Notes: a model not told the origin generated them from the sequence alone. 64,000 bases of DNA from Gemmatimonadales bacterium (GCA_041615815.1 JBFJCP010000004.1:106140-170139), one strand, 5' to 3'; shown: positions 1 to 9,845, numbered from the stretch's first letter. Made by a program: numbers and translations.

Positions 1-1765
1 TCTCGTGCGCCAGATCCATCACCTCCCCGACGTAGCGGTCCACGTGACCGGCCAGATTACCGAACCGGAACGGCAACACGTCTGCGTTGGCCAAGCGTAG
101 CGTGATGCGACCCGTGGTCTGGGCGAGCGTCACGCCATACGTGAAGCCGGGATCCCGAAATCGCGAGTAGTGATCGAACGAGTCGAAGACCGAATGGTAG
201 GAGCCGCCGTCGCCCTCACCGCCGTAACTGATGTTGAGGGAGGCAATGCCAAGATGCTGGAGGAATGGGGTGTAGTCCGATCCCGATCCCAGCGGCGCGA
301 TCGGGACATCGCCGCTCGGTCCCGGCACCGTATCTCCGTGAATGCGCCGCCGAGCGATGAGGCGTTCGGCGACGCTGACCTTCGTCTGTGGATCGACGAC
401 GTCGCTCGCAACTTCGTTGACGATCCGCTCGAGGCTATGGGAGCCCCCGGCGGACAAGAACCCCCGACTACTGCCGTCGGTGTTGATGTAGGCGACCGCC
501 TTCTCACGGAGTTCCCGGGCATGGTGTTCCGCCCACTCCGTGGAGCCCAGGAGCCCTGGCTCCTCCGCGTCCCAACCGGCGTAGATGATCGTACGCTTGG
601 GGCGCCAGCCTGACTTGGCGAGCAGACCAATGGCCCGAGCCTCAGCCAGCAGCGACACCATACCGCTCAGTGGGTCGGCGGCGCCGAATACCCAGGCATC
701 GTGATGGTTCCCCCGCAGGACCCATTGATCGGGATCCTGGGCGCCGTCGAGCCGCGCGATCACATCGTATGCCGGCTGCAGGTCCCAGTGGAACTCGAGT
801 TGTAGGTGCACCGCTGCGGGCCCGGGTCCGAGGTGATACGTGATCGGTAAGGCCCCCCGCCATGACGGCGGTGCCACGGGGCCCGCGATGGCCTCGAGGA
901 GGGGCTTGGCGTCTGCGTACGAGATAGGGAGGACGGGAATCTTCATCACCGTGGGAGATTCCGCGGGCGTCATGCGTGCGGCATCGCGCGTTGCACCGAC
1001 GAACGGCGTCAGCGGATCGCCAGGAAACGTGGGCATATCCGCCACGGAGCCGCGCTGAGCGCCGTGCTCCATGCGCCACGGTCCGCCGGGATACACCTCG
1101 CCCTGCCAATATCCGTCGTCCAGTGGGTCGGAGTAGAGAATGCAGCCGATGGCGCCGTGTTCCGCGGCCACCTTGGGCTTGATTCCTCGCCATGATCCTC
1201 CGTAGCGGGCGATGACGATCTTCCCTTCGACGCTGATGCCGCGGCGCGCCAGCTCTTCGTAGTCTGCGGGAACCCCATAGTTCACGTACACCAGCTCACC
1301 GGTGACATCGCCATCGGCGGAGTACGCGTTGTACGGTGGGAGCCGACCATCGGTGATGCGCGAGGTCGCGTCGCGCTCGAGAGCCGGCTCGGCCAGCTGT
1401 GGCGCGAACCGGTACGGCTCCACCATTTCCAGCAGTCGGGTCTTGGGCGTCGGAAACAGGACGTGGAAAGTGTCAATGCGTACTTGATACCCCCATTCCC
1501 GAAACTGAGACGCCATCCACTCGGCGTTTCGTTTCGTGTGGGGCGCGCCCACATGATTGGGGCCTGACGACATCTCCTTGTTCCAGTCACGGAGCAGCCG
1601 GGCATCCAGGTAGGAGTCGAAGCGGGCTTCCAGTGCGCGTTGCGCAACCGTGCCCTCTGCCGTGAATCCGAGGATGATCCCGTCGTTCAGGGTGCCGGGA
1701 GCGAAGGCGAGGAGGGTCGCGGCCGCCATGCCCGCGAACAGCGAACGGCGATGAGTCGATCTCAT
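1..1765 (-). CDS. M28 family glutamate carboxypeptidase II / transferrin-receptor-like peptidase with PA domain (3' end runs off window)
   Basis: Absent from the ORF track because there is no stop in the window. Manual translation from ATG 1765 (SD GAGGAG): MRSTHRRSLFAG..., signal peptide, PA motifs 'YNAYSADGDVTGELVYVNYG' and 'GKIVIARYGGSWRGIKPKVAAEHGAIGCILYSDP'. Same frame at the window edge reads '...DRYVGEVMDLAHE'. Confidence 0.9.
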   Translation of the reverse strand, partial: MRSTHRRSLFAGMAAATLLAFAPGTLNDGIILGFTAEGTVAQRALEARFDSYLDARLLRDWNKEMSSGPNHVGAPHTKRNAEWMASQFREWGYQVRIDTFHVLFPTPKTRLLEMVEPYRFAPQLAEPALERDATSRITDGRLPPYNAYSADGDVTGELVYVNYGVPADYEELARRGISVEGKIVIARYGGSWRGIKPKVAAEHGAIGCILYSDPLDDGYWQGEVYPGGPWRMEHGAQRGSVADMPTFPGDPLTPFVGATRDAARMTPAESPTVMKIPVLPISYADAKPLLEAIAGPVAPPSWRGALPITYHLGPGPAAVHLQLEFHWDLQPAYDVIARLDGAQDPDQWVLRGNHHDAWVFGAADPLSGMVSLLAEARAIGLLAKSGWRPKRTIIYAGWDAEEPGLLGSTEWAEHHARELREKAVAYINTDGSSRGFLSAGGSHSLERIVNEVASDVVDPQTKVSVAERLIARRRIHGDTVPGPSGDVPIAPLGSGSDYTPFLQHLGIASLNISYGGEGDGGSYHSVFDSFDHYSRFRDPGFTYGVTLAQTTGRITLRLANADVLPFRFGNLAGHVDRYVGEVMDLAHE

Positions 1766-1902
1766 GAGCACTCCTCAAGAAACTCGGGTGAACGCAGGGA
1801 CCCCGTAACGGGCAGCATGGCAAGGCGGAACGCCGACGGGCAATATAGAGGTGAGCGGTGGCAAGCGCAGCCGTGGACCGGTGCTCCGAGCCGGCTTGAA
1901 AC

Positions 1903-3096
1903 TCAGCCGCGCTGGACCCACTCCCGCGCCAGCTGGATTACCCGATCCACGTCGTCATCGTTGTTGTACAGGTGCAGCGAGAAGCGCAGGACTCCGCGGC
2001 GGATCGAGAAGCGAACGCCCTTGGATCGGAGAAACTCGTACAGACGGTTCATGGCCGGATCGTCGGCGGAGTCGTGGCGTCCGCCGCCACTCGTGCCGAC
2101 GGCGACAATGTGTCCCAAGTGCAGTCCGGGGGCTCCGCCGCATACGGGGAGATCCAAGGCGCGGAGACCGGTCGCCAATCGATTCGCGAGTTGCCGAACG
2201 TGTGTGTCGATGTGTTTCGATCCGAGGTCCAGTAGCAACCCGAGAGACGCGTCGATCGCCACGGCCCCGAGGTAGTTGTAGTTTCCGAGGTCGAAGCGGC
2301 GGGCACCGGCAGCCAGCACCAACTCGCTGGCGTTCATGGCGGTCTCGTGGGCGTCACGGCCCAGGTCGACCCCAAACCGGGCCAGATAGGCAGGGCTGAC
2401 CCGGTCGATGGCCTCCCGCCTCACGTAGAGAAACCCCATGCCGTAGAACGCCAGCAGCCCTTTCTGCGTGGCGGCCGCGAGTCCGTGAGCCCCGAGGGTG
2501 CGAACATCGGTGTGGAGCACGCCCACGGATTGGGCCGCGTCCAGCAAGAGAAACGCGCCACGATCCTCGCATGCCCGAGCGACGGGAGCGATATCGGTGA
2601 TGAAGCCTGGCGAAAACGAGACGGTGGGAAGGGTGACGAGACGAGTTCTGCCATCCATGGCTGCCAGCATTCCTTCGACTGGAAGCCTGCCGTCCACCGT
2701 GGGCACCGCTCGGACCTCGACTCCGAGTCGTCGTTTGAGGTTCAGCCAGGGATAGACGTTGTTGGGGTGTTCGATCTCGGGACAGAAGACGAGGTTGTCG
2801 CCGGGTTTCCACGTCAGACCGGCCGCCACGATATTCAGTCCTTCCGAGGTGTTCTTGGTGATGGCAATCTCGTCCGCGCTCGCACCGATGAGTGACGCAA
2901 GACGGTGTCGGGCGCGCTCGACGGTGTCGAAGGCCGCCCGCTTATTCTCGGCGCCGGCTATCCGTTCCTCCAAGTACCGATCGACGGCGCCTTTCGTATC
3001 CGTCGACAACAGGCCACGAACCGACACGTCCATGTAGATGCCCTGTTCGGCGCCAGGAAAGAGCTGCCGCGCACGCACAAAACGCGCCTCGCTCAT
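1903..3096 (-). CDS. Aminotransferase class V-fold PLP-dependent enzyme
   Basis: Motifs 'KNTSEGLN', 'EHPNN', 'LLDAAQSVG', PLP lysine in 'ATQKGLL', 'LRFSLHLYN'. ATG 3096 overlaps the upstream stop (ATGA). Confidence 0.9.
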   Translation of the reverse strand: MSEARFVRARQLFPGAEQGIYMDVSVRGLLSTDTKGAVDRYLEERIAGAENKRAAFDTVERARHRLASLIGASADEIAITKNTSEGLNIVAAGLTWKPGDNLVFCPEIEHPNNVYPWLNLKRRLGVEVRAVPTVDGRLPVEGMLAAMDGRTRLVTLPTVSFSPGFITDIAPVARACEDRGAFLLLDAAQSVGVLHTDVRTLGAHGLAAATQKGLLAFYGMGFLYVRREAIDRVSPAYLARFGVDLGRDAHETAMNASELVLAAGARRFDLGNYNYLGAVAIDASLGLLLDLGSKHIDTHVRQLANRLATGLRALDLPVCGGAPGLHLGHIVAVGTSGGGRHDSADDPAMNRLYEFLRSKGVRFSIRRGVLRFSLHLYNNDDDVDRVIQLAREWVQRG

Positions 3097-4319
3097 GACC
3101 AACCCTCCGAATGCGCCACGATGGTCGTTCCAACCAAGTCACCCATGACGTTGATGGTCGTATTCCCCATGTCGATCAACCGATAGATGCCGCCGACGAT
3201 TGCGGCGATCTCGAGTGGTAGATTGAACGCCTCCACGAAAATGAGCGCAATCACCAGCCCACCTCCCGGAATGCCCCCTGAGCCCTCGGACAGAAGCAAT
3301 CCTACTAGGATGATTGTCAATTGCGACGCGAGGCTGAACTCGATCCCAGCTGCTTGTGCGGTGAACAACAGTACCCCCGAGAGCATGATGGCCGTTCCGT
3401 CCTTATTGATCTGTGCGCCCAACGGAAGCGTGAAGGTGTAGATGCTGCGAGGGAGATGGAGGCGCTCTTCGGCCATCTCGAAGGCCACGACCAGGCTGGC
3501 CAAGCTGCTACACGTTGCAGCGGTCGTGGCGTAGAGCGGCCCCGTCCGGCGGAGAAACGACAATGGCGATCGTTTCGTCACCCCGGCGAGGAGCGTCAAA
3601 TAGATCACGACCATCGCGAGCTGTGCGCCATACACTCCTCCCAAGAAGAGGGCCAGTGGGCCAAAGAGTTGAGCCCCGTAGAGTCCCACGGTGCTCGCGG
3701 CCAACGCACCAATTCCCAGCGGCGCGGTGTAGAGGATCAGGTCCACTAGTTTGCGCAAAACCTCCGCCAAGAGTGCAAACGTTTGTTGCAGCGGCTCCCG
3801 TTTGTCCGTGGGCAGAAGCACGGTGGCGATACCGAGCATCACGGCGAAGACGACGATCTGTGCCACCTGACCACTGCTGAAGGCGTGAAACACGTTCTCC
3901 GGAATGAGATCGACGAACACGTCCGTGACTCTTGGAACCTGACCGAAGCTCTCGTCCACCGGCTCCGTGAGCTGCATCCCAACGCCCGGGCGGAGCAAGT
4001 GCATGGCGGTAAGGCCCAAGGTCAACGCGATCGTCGTGGTCACCAGATAGTAGAGGACGATCTTTCCGCCAATGCGACCCAGCATCTTGACGTCCGTCAG
4101 GCTGGTCATGCCCGCCAGGAGATTGAAAAAGACCAGCGGGATAGCCGCCATCAGCAGCAAGCGAATGAACAGATCACCGACGGGTTGGACGATTTGCGCC
4201 CGCTCGCCGACGATGATGCCGGCGATGACACCCACGGCCATGAACAGCAGGATCTTGACCCCTAGCGAGAGGCGGCGGTACCGCTCCCAGAGTTTCCCGG
4301 CTGCTGTCGGGTTGGTCAC
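3093..4319 (-). CDS. Dicarboxylate/amino acid:cation symporter (DAACS, GltP/DctA family)
   Basis: Multiple TM helices; 'TCSSLASL' serine motif; 'LPLGAQINKDGT' (NMDGT-like); 'DMGNTTINVMGD'. Confidence 0.92.
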   Translation of the reverse strand: MTNPTAAGKLWERYRRLSLGVKILLFMAVGVIAGIIVGERAQIVQPVGDLFIRLLLMAAIPLVFFNLLAGMTSLTDVKMLGRIGGKIVLYYLVTTTIALTLGLTAMHLLRPGVGMQLTEPVDESFGQVPRVTDVFVDLIPENVFHAFSSGQVAQIVVFAVMLGIATVLLPTDKREPLQQTFALLAEVLRKLVDLILYTAPLGIGALAASTVGLYGAQLFGPLALFLGGVYGAQLAMVVIYLTLLAGVTKRSPLSFLRRTGPLYATTAATCSSLASLVVAFEMAEERLHLPRSIYTFTLPLGAQINKDGTAIMLSGVLLFTAQAAGIEFSLASQLTIILVGLLLSEGSGGIPGGGLVIALIFVEAFNLPLEIAAIVGGIYRLIDMGNTTINVMGDLVGTTIVAHSEGWS

Positions 4320-4711
4320 GTTTGCGCGGTCGGTGCAGCAGGCATGGGACCCGTAGTGTGCGTGCGAGATGTTCCCCGCGCCAGCGGTCGGTCCCGAAGG
4401 CCGTCATCCGCGGAGGGCGGTTGCGACGGCCCCGCGGTCTTTGGCTCGCGCTCCGTCCCGAGCATGTTGTTTCGCGGGTGGCCGCGGTCGTGGCGGCCCA
4501 CTAGATTCGCAACGAGTCCACCGCGTGACTCGTTCTTCTCTGACCTCTCAACTGCCGTTGGGGCCTTCATGCGAGTATCGATCGTTACACTCGCCATCGC
4601 GACCGTCGTCGTTCCGTGCTCTTCGCGTGGGGTGACCCTCGCGCAGGAGCACCGGCACCAGACCGCCAAAACCGTGGCACGCGCTCTGGTTGGTGAGGGA
4701 TAGCGTCACCC

Positions 4712-5572
4712 ATGAACCAGCCGGGCGCGGGATCGGCCAAGTACTTCGAGCTCTACACGCAGTCGCACCGTCAGGCCTGGGACCCGCTCGCCATCGAGTT
4801 GGCTCAGGATCGGCGCGACTGGGAGCGGATCCAGCAGGAGCATGCTGTTGAGGCCTACGGCGAGCAGATCCATCGCCTCTGTTCGCTGTTCTTCGAAGGT
4901 GAAGAATCGGTGGCCAAGACGCTCGCTCCGTACCTCTCCGCCGTCGAGCGGGCAGGGCTGGGCTCGGACAAAGCACTATGTCTGGCGTCTCAGCTGTACG
5001 AGGAAGCGAGACACTACGTGTTTTTCGCTCGGTACTTCGCGGATGTCTTGGGTGATCTGGACACCAAGCGTCATCTCGCGCCCGCGCCCAAGTCGGTGCT
5101 CGTGGATGCGTTGACCGATATCAGTACCCGGCTGCGTCGAGAGGAAGATCCGGAGCGCCTCGAGGTTCTTCTCGTGGAGGGTGCGGTCCGCTACATGGGC
5201 ATCGCGGAGGCCATGTTGGCACGGACGGGGTACCGTGGGGCCGAGGAGGCCCTGTTGACGCGAGGGTGGCTCCCGGGGCTCCAGCAGGGATTTCGCTTGA
5301 TCCGGCGCGACGAGGGCCGGCACGTGTCCTTTGGAATTCACTTTTTGCAGGAGATAGTGGAGCGGCAGCCGTCGTATGGAGAGGTGGTCCAGTCGACCTT
5401 CCACGCCGCCCTCCCCGATGTGCTGGCCACCGTCAAGCAGTTCGACGGCGAGCACGCCCTGGTCGACTTGGATTCGCTGCTGCGATACGCGGTGGATGCC
5501 GGGCGACAGTTCATGACCGCGGCGGGGTTGGGGGATGATGAGGCGGCCATGCTCGACACGTTGCGGCTCTGA
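4712..5572 (+). CDS. R2-like ligand-binding oxidase (R2lox)-type ferritin-like dimetal protein
   Basis: Ligand pattern 'GEESV', 'YEEARH', 'YMGIAEAMLARTGY', 'LPGLQQGFRLIRRDEGRHVSFG' follows R2lox. Confidence 0.8.
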   Translation: MNQPGAGSAKYFELYTQSHRQAWDPLAIELAQDRRDWERIQQEHAVEAYGEQIHRLCSLFFEGEESVAKTLAPYLSAVERAGLGSDKALCLASQLYEEARHYVFFARYFADVLGDLDTKRHLAPAPKSVLVDALTDISTRLRREEDPERLEVLLVEGAVRYMGIAEAMLARTGYRGAEEALLTRGWLPGLQQGFRLIRRDEGRHVSFGIHFLQEIVERQPSYGEVVQSTFHAALPDVLATVKQFDGEHALVDLDSLLRYAVDAGRQFMTAAGLGDDEAAMLDTLRL

Positions 5573-5587
5573 TCTCTGGGGGACATC

Positions 5588-5911
5588 ATGGCGCGGATGC
5601 TGGTTCGGTATCGGGTGAAGCCGGAAGCCGTTGCGGAGGTCAAGAAAGCGATTGTAGAGTTCGTGGACGCCATCCGCGAGCGCGAACCCGACACGATCTA
5701 CGGCGCGTTCCTGGAGGAAGACGGCCGGTCATTCTTCCACCTGATGATATTCCCCGACCGCGAGCGGGAAGAGTCGCATCGCACGTCGGCGCACACCGAG
5801 AAGTTCGTGGCGGCGCTGTACCGCAACTGTGAAGTGGAGCCTGAGTTCCGAACGCTCGAGCTAGTGCGTTCGACCAAACCAGGCCGCGGGTTTCTCGGCA
5901 TGGGCCAGTAG
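5588..5911 (+). CDS. Antibiotic biosynthesis monooxygenase (ABM) family / putative quinol monooxygenase
   Basis: 107 aa dimeric alpha-beta barrel pattern 'VRYRVKPE...EPDT..Y...H..SAH..KF...LY'. Confidence 0.75.
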   Translation: MARMLVRYRVKPEAVAEVKKAIVEFVDAIREREPDTIYGAFLEEDGRSFFHLMIFPDREREESHRTSAHTEKFVAALYRNCEVEPEFRTLELVRSTKPGRGFLGMGQ

Positions 5912-5944
5912 GGGGGCAAGCCAAACCTCAAGAGGGGGACCACC

Positions 5945-6430
5945 ATGAGGTTGCAGGATGCGTTGCTGGGAGTAACCAAGGGTGCCCGAGGTTGGCTCAA
6001 GGCGTGGGCCAAGGATTTCACCGATGAGGAAGCCACCGAGGGCGGCACGGCTGGTCTCAACCCCATCGCCTGGCAACTGGGACACGTCGCCGCAACCCAG
6101 GACGATGTGTACTGTCTGTTCACGGGGGATCAGACCATCGTACCCAAGACCATTCGGGGGATATGTGGTACGGGGTGCCCGGCACCCACGGCCGAGACGA
6201 CGTATCCACCGATCTCCGAGTTGTGGATGCTGCTGGAGCGAACGCAGGACCGGTTGATCGGGCTGATCAAACGATCATCGGAGGCGGATTTCGATCGCCC
6301 GCCACTCAAAGAGAACCCCTTCTTCCATTCGATGGGGCAAGCGATCTACGAGATCGCGCTGCATGAGAACTATCACGTGGGGACGGTAGCCGCGTTACGA
6401 AAGGCATTGGGCAAGACCGCGATCGCCTAG
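5945..6430 (+). CDS. DinB family protein
   Basis: 'NPIAWQLGHVA' and 'HENYHVG' His triad; SD GAGGGGG. Confidence 0.85.
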   Translation: MRLQDALLGVTKGARGWLKAWAKDFTDEEATEGGTAGLNPIAWQLGHVAATQDDVYCLFTGDQTIVPKTIRGICGTGCPAPTAETTYPPISELWMLLERTQDRLIGLIKRSSEADFDRPPLKENPFFHSMGQAIYEIALHENYHVGTVAALRKALGKTAIA

Positions 6431-6509
6431 CGCGGCACCTCCACGGGCGCAGTCTCCAGGAGGTCGATCTACCGCACCCGTCCCCCGGTGGTGTACCATC
6501 CACACACTG

Positions 6510-7775
6510 ATGGAGCTCGAACTCTCGTCACGGGACCGCGCCATGCTCGCGGGCGACCTCGGGCCCGCGTCGCGGCTGGCCATGCGCATTCTCGTCAGGA
6601 TGGCAGCCATTTGGCGGGCCGCGTCGTTGTTGGACATCACCGGCGCCCACATCGACAGCGCGTTGTACGTAGGTGACGCCACCCTGGAGTATGCCGAGCA
6701 CCTCGCCGAGCTCGGGGCCCGCGTCGCCGTCCCTACCACCCTCAATGTGAGTGGCGTGGATACCGCTGCATGGCAGGAGTGGGCTGTCCCACCCGATTGG
6801 GCAGCCAAGGCGCATCGCCAGATGGTGGCATACGAGGCCATGGGCTGCCGCAGTACCTGGACGTGCGCGCCCTACCAATCCGAACCGCGGCCGGCGTTCG
6901 GCGATCAGATCGCGTGGGGCGAATCCAGTGCCATCGTGTTTGCCAACTCGGTACTGGGCGCACGAACGGAGCGATACCCCGACCTCCTCGACATCTGCGC
7001 CGCCATCACCGGACGCGTTCCGGCCGTCGGCCTCCATCTCACCGAGCACCGAGCCGGAACGGTCCTCATCCGCCTCGCGGAGCTTTCGGAGCGTATTCAA
7101 CAGGACGACGCCTTTTTTCCAGTGCTCGGCCATCTGGTGGGGAGCGCGGTGCAGGGTGGGGTGCCCGTCTTGGCAGGTCTGGCCACCCACCCCACCGAGG
7201 ATCAGCTCAAGGCGCTGGGCGCGGCCATGGCCTCCTCAGGCGCCGTCGCCCTCTTTCATGTGGTTGGCGTAACCCCCGAGGCCACGACCCAGGCTGCCGC
7301 GTTCCACGGCATGGCGCCGCCGCGGGAAATCACGGTCTCGCTCGCCGATTTGCGGGATGCGCGCCGCGACTTGGACACGGCCCACGGAGCGAAACTGGAC
7401 ATGGTCGTGCTCGGCAGCCCCCATTTCTCGTTCACCGAATTCCAACGTCTTGCGGAGTTGGTGGCGGGGACCACCCGGCACCCAGCGGTGCGCGTGCTGA
7501 TCACGACGGGTCGCGGCGTGAAGCTGATGGCGGAGCGCGCCGGATTGCTGGAGCCGTTGGAACGGTTTGGGGCGGAGCTCGCGGTGGATACGTGTATCCT
7601 CACCAGCCCAATGTTACCGGACCACGTCCGTGTGCTGATGACGAACTCGGCGAAGTACGCCTATTACACGCCAAGCCTCTTGGGCCGTCAGATGGCGTTC
7701 GGCGGACTTCGGGACTGTGTCCGGTCCGCCGTGGCGGGGCGCGTCGAGCACGACGAGGAGTCGTGGCGCGAATAG
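6510..7775 (+). CDS. Aconitase X large (catalytic, DUF521) subunit
   Basis: 'AHIDSALY', 'TWTCAPY', 'AWGESSAIVFANSVLGART', 'LKALGAAMASSGAVALFH', 'MTNSAKYAYY'. Confidence 0.9.
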   Translation: MELELSSRDRAMLAGDLGPASRLAMRILVRMAAIWRAASLLDITGAHIDSALYVGDATLEYAEHLAELGARVAVPTTLNVSGVDTAAWQEWAVPPDWAAKAHRQMVAYEAMGCRSTWTCAPYQSEPRPAFGDQIAWGESSAIVFANSVLGARTERYPDLLDICAAITGRVPAVGLHLTEHRAGTVLIRLAELSERIQQDDAFFPVLGHLVGSAVQGGVPVLAGLATHPTEDQLKALGAAMASSGAVALFHVVGVTPEATTQAAAFHGMAPPREITVSLADLRDARRDLDTAHGAKLDMVVLGSPHFSFTEFQRLAELVAGTTRHPAVRVLITTGRGVKLMAERAGLLEPLERFGAELAVDTCILTSPMLPDHVRVLMTNSAKYAYYTPSLLGRQMAFGGLRDCVRSAVAGRVEHDEESWRE

Positions 7776-8176
7776 GGGGAGAGCCGGTGGTACCGGGCGA
7801 GGTGAGTGGGGAGCTCCTGGTGGGTCGGGCGCCCATCAGCTTTTGGGGCGGATACGACCCCGCCACGGGGACCATCATCGATCGACGTCACCCGTTGGCG
7901 GGTACCGTGGCGAGCGGACGCATTCTCGCCATCCCCGGGACGAGGGGCTCCAGCACGACAACCGCCATCCTGCTGGAAGCCATTCGGGCTGGCACGGCTC
8001 CCGCCGCGATCGTGACGGCGGGCGTCGATGGGTTCGTAGCTCTCGCCGCCATCGTGGCCGAGGAGCTCTTTGATCGGACCATCGCGGTGGTGGCGCTGGA
8101 GCCCACGGCGTTCGCGGCGCTCCCAGACTGCGGCCGGGCTCACGTGAGCTCCGACGGAACGATCGACCTGACCTAG
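7763..8176 (+). CDS. Aconitase X small (swivel, DUF126) subunit
   Basis: C-terminal part of track ORF 6770-8176: 'PISFWGGYDPATGTIIDRRHPLAG...GTRGSST'. GTG 7763 follows GAGGAG and overlaps the large-subunit end; start approximate. Confidence 0.85.
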   Translation: MARIGGEPVVPGEVSGELLVGRAPISFWGGYDPATGTIIDRRHPLAGTVASGRILAIPGTRGSSTTTAILLEAIRAGTAPAAIVTAGVDGFVALAAIVAEELFDRTIAVVALEPTAFAALPDCGRAHVSSDGTIDLT

Positions 8177-9738
8177 CCCTCTGGACTCCGGCGTGCCGGC
8201 CGACAGGGAATCCACTGCCGCGGCTCCCCCGTTCGCGGGTCTGTGGGGAGGACGGAGCGGTCGCGCGGCACTCGTTCGGGATCTTCCGACGCCAGGTATG
8301 CCAGCATCGCCGCCAACGTCGCGTTGTTCTTGAGATCGTCGAAGATGATCTTGTCGTACGTATCGCGGTTGGTGTGCCAGGTGTATTGCCGGTAGTCGGG
8401 ATAATGAGACTGAAGGCGAAATCCCGGAGCCCCGTGACAGAGGAAGGACACGTGATCGCTGCCGCCGAACTCCTGAGGTCCGGGGAAGTCCAGTTCGATG
8501 TGCCCGCTGATCTCCGGTGGAATCTGCGCGATCCATCGGGCCACGTTGCCCGCGGCTTTTCCCAATCCCTGCGTTTGGAGGTACTCGATCCGCCACGTGC
8601 CATTGTCCTGGTTGAAGAGCACCTGGAGGTTTTGCACGATTTCCGGATGATCCTCCGTGAATGCCCGGGATCCGATGAGGCCCAGCTCTTCACCACCCCA
8701 ATGACCCACGAGGATGGTGCGCCGGGGGCGGGGGTAGGCGGTCCCGAGGAGGCGCATCGCCTCGAGCATCGTAATGGTACCGGTGCCGTTGTCCGTGGCC
8801 CCGGTGGCACCGTGCCAGGAGTCGAGATGCGCGGACAGCATGACGTACTCATTGGGAAGCTCGGTTCCGCGGAGCTCAGCAAGCACGTTGAACATTGGCA
8901 CGGTACCCAGCAACTCGCTATCGGCGTGGATCCGAACGCGCGGCCCTTGATTGTTGCTGGTTAACCGGTAGAGCAGCCCGTAGTCTTCGCAGCTCAGATC
9001 GATCGATACCGCCTCTCTCGTATCGGCATCGAAAATCTTGTTGACACCCCAACCGGCGGACCATCGTGACGTGAGGATCCCCTGGGCGCCGGCGTCCTCC
9101 ATCCGCCGATGGGCCTGCTGGGTACCTCCCAGCATATTGATTCGCGATCGCCAGGTCTCGCGTAGGCTGTCTCGAGTTTCGTCGAGTCGAGCCACGGTTT
9201 CAGCCGTCGCGAGCCGCTCGACGGCCTGTGGTTCGCGGCAGCTTGGCTGCGGTGCCGAGGCGAGCACGAACTTCCCGCGGACGCTGGCGAGCCAGGTGTC
9301 CGCCTCCTGGCGGGATCCGAGTGGCGGGATGACCGCGAGGTCCGCTTCGATAGGGCCGTCCGTTCCCGGGCTCCACGCGAGAAGCTCGGCTTCGAGTGTC
9401 TGGACGCGCGGCGCGACGAGGTCGACGTGCAGAATCCCTTGCCGCCAGCCCCGCCACGTGCCGTATTGCTCCTTACGAACTTGGATCCCCCAGCCGGAGT
9501 AGGTCCTGACCAGCCAATCGGTGGCTGCCTGGAAATTGGCGGTTCCGGAGAGGCGCGGCCCGATCGAGTCCATGAGGACCTGGGCGAGTTGCTCCGTCTG
9601 GGAGCGTTCCATCCCCTCGAGCCAGAGCTGCCGGATGACGGGGTCCTCGGTGCGGAACGTCTGCGCGCTGGTCGTGGCGGGCCACGAGACGACCGCGGCG
9701 ATAACGATGGCCAGTGCCCCACGGAAAAGGCTTGGCAT
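8173..9738 (-). CDS. Secreted M28 family metallopeptidase (carboxypeptidase Q-like)
   Basis: Signal peptide from ATG 9738 (SD GGGAGG); 'AHLDSWH', 'GATDNGTG', 'GGEELGLIGS', 'SDHVSF', 'WHTNRDTYDKI'. Confidence 0.9.
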   Translation of the reverse strand: MPSLFRGALAIVIAAVVSWPATTSAQTFRTEDPVIRQLWLEGMERSQTEQLAQVLMDSIGPRLSGTANFQAATDWLVRTYSGWGIQVRKEQYGTWRGWRQGILHVDLVAPRVQTLEAELLAWSPGTDGPIEADLAVIPPLGSRQEADTWLASVRGKFVLASAPQPSCREPQAVERLATAETVARLDETRDSLRETWRSRINMLGGTQQAHRRMEDAGAQGILTSRWSAGWGVNKIFDADTREAVSIDLSCEDYGLLYRLTSNNQGPRVRIHADSELLGTVPMFNVLAELRGTELPNEYVMLSAHLDSWHGATGATDNGTGTITMLEAMRLLGTAYPRPRRTILVGHWGGEELGLIGSRAFTEDHPEIVQNLQVLFNQDNGTWRIEYLQTQGLGKAAGNVARWIAQIPPEISGHIELDFPGPQEFGGSDHVSFLCHGAPGFRLQSHYPDYRQYTWHTNRDTYDKIIFDDLKNNATLAAMLAYLASEDPERVPRDRSVLPTDPRTGEPRQWIPCRPARRSPEG

Positions 9739-9845
9739 GCGACTATCCTCCCTGCTCGGTGGGTTCGTGAGTGGTGCAAAGCTACCAAGCGGAGGGGGCG
9801 GGGGGTACGCGTGACGGGAGGACCCCGGGGGGGTTGCCACAATAG

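Noticed and set aside
1903..3096. Cysteine desulfurase (SufS/IscS)
   Set aside because: No catalytic Cys loop (RxGHHC or SSGSAC) and no Fe-S assembly neighbours.
4675..4690. Sigma54 promoter TGGCACGCGCTCTGG upstream of R2lox
   Set aside because: Good -24 box, but the -12 position is GG rather than GC and no activator gene is adjacent; unsupported.
4712..5572. Ribonucleotide reductase beta subunit
   Set aside because: No alpha subunit nearby, and the motifs fit R2lox better.
6770..7762. Long 468-aa ORF suggesting a fused or frameshifted aconitase X
   Set aside because: The N-terminal ~330 aa is an Arg/Gly-rich off-frame shadow of the large subunit. Only the part from ~7763 is DUF126-like, and the large subunit ends normally.
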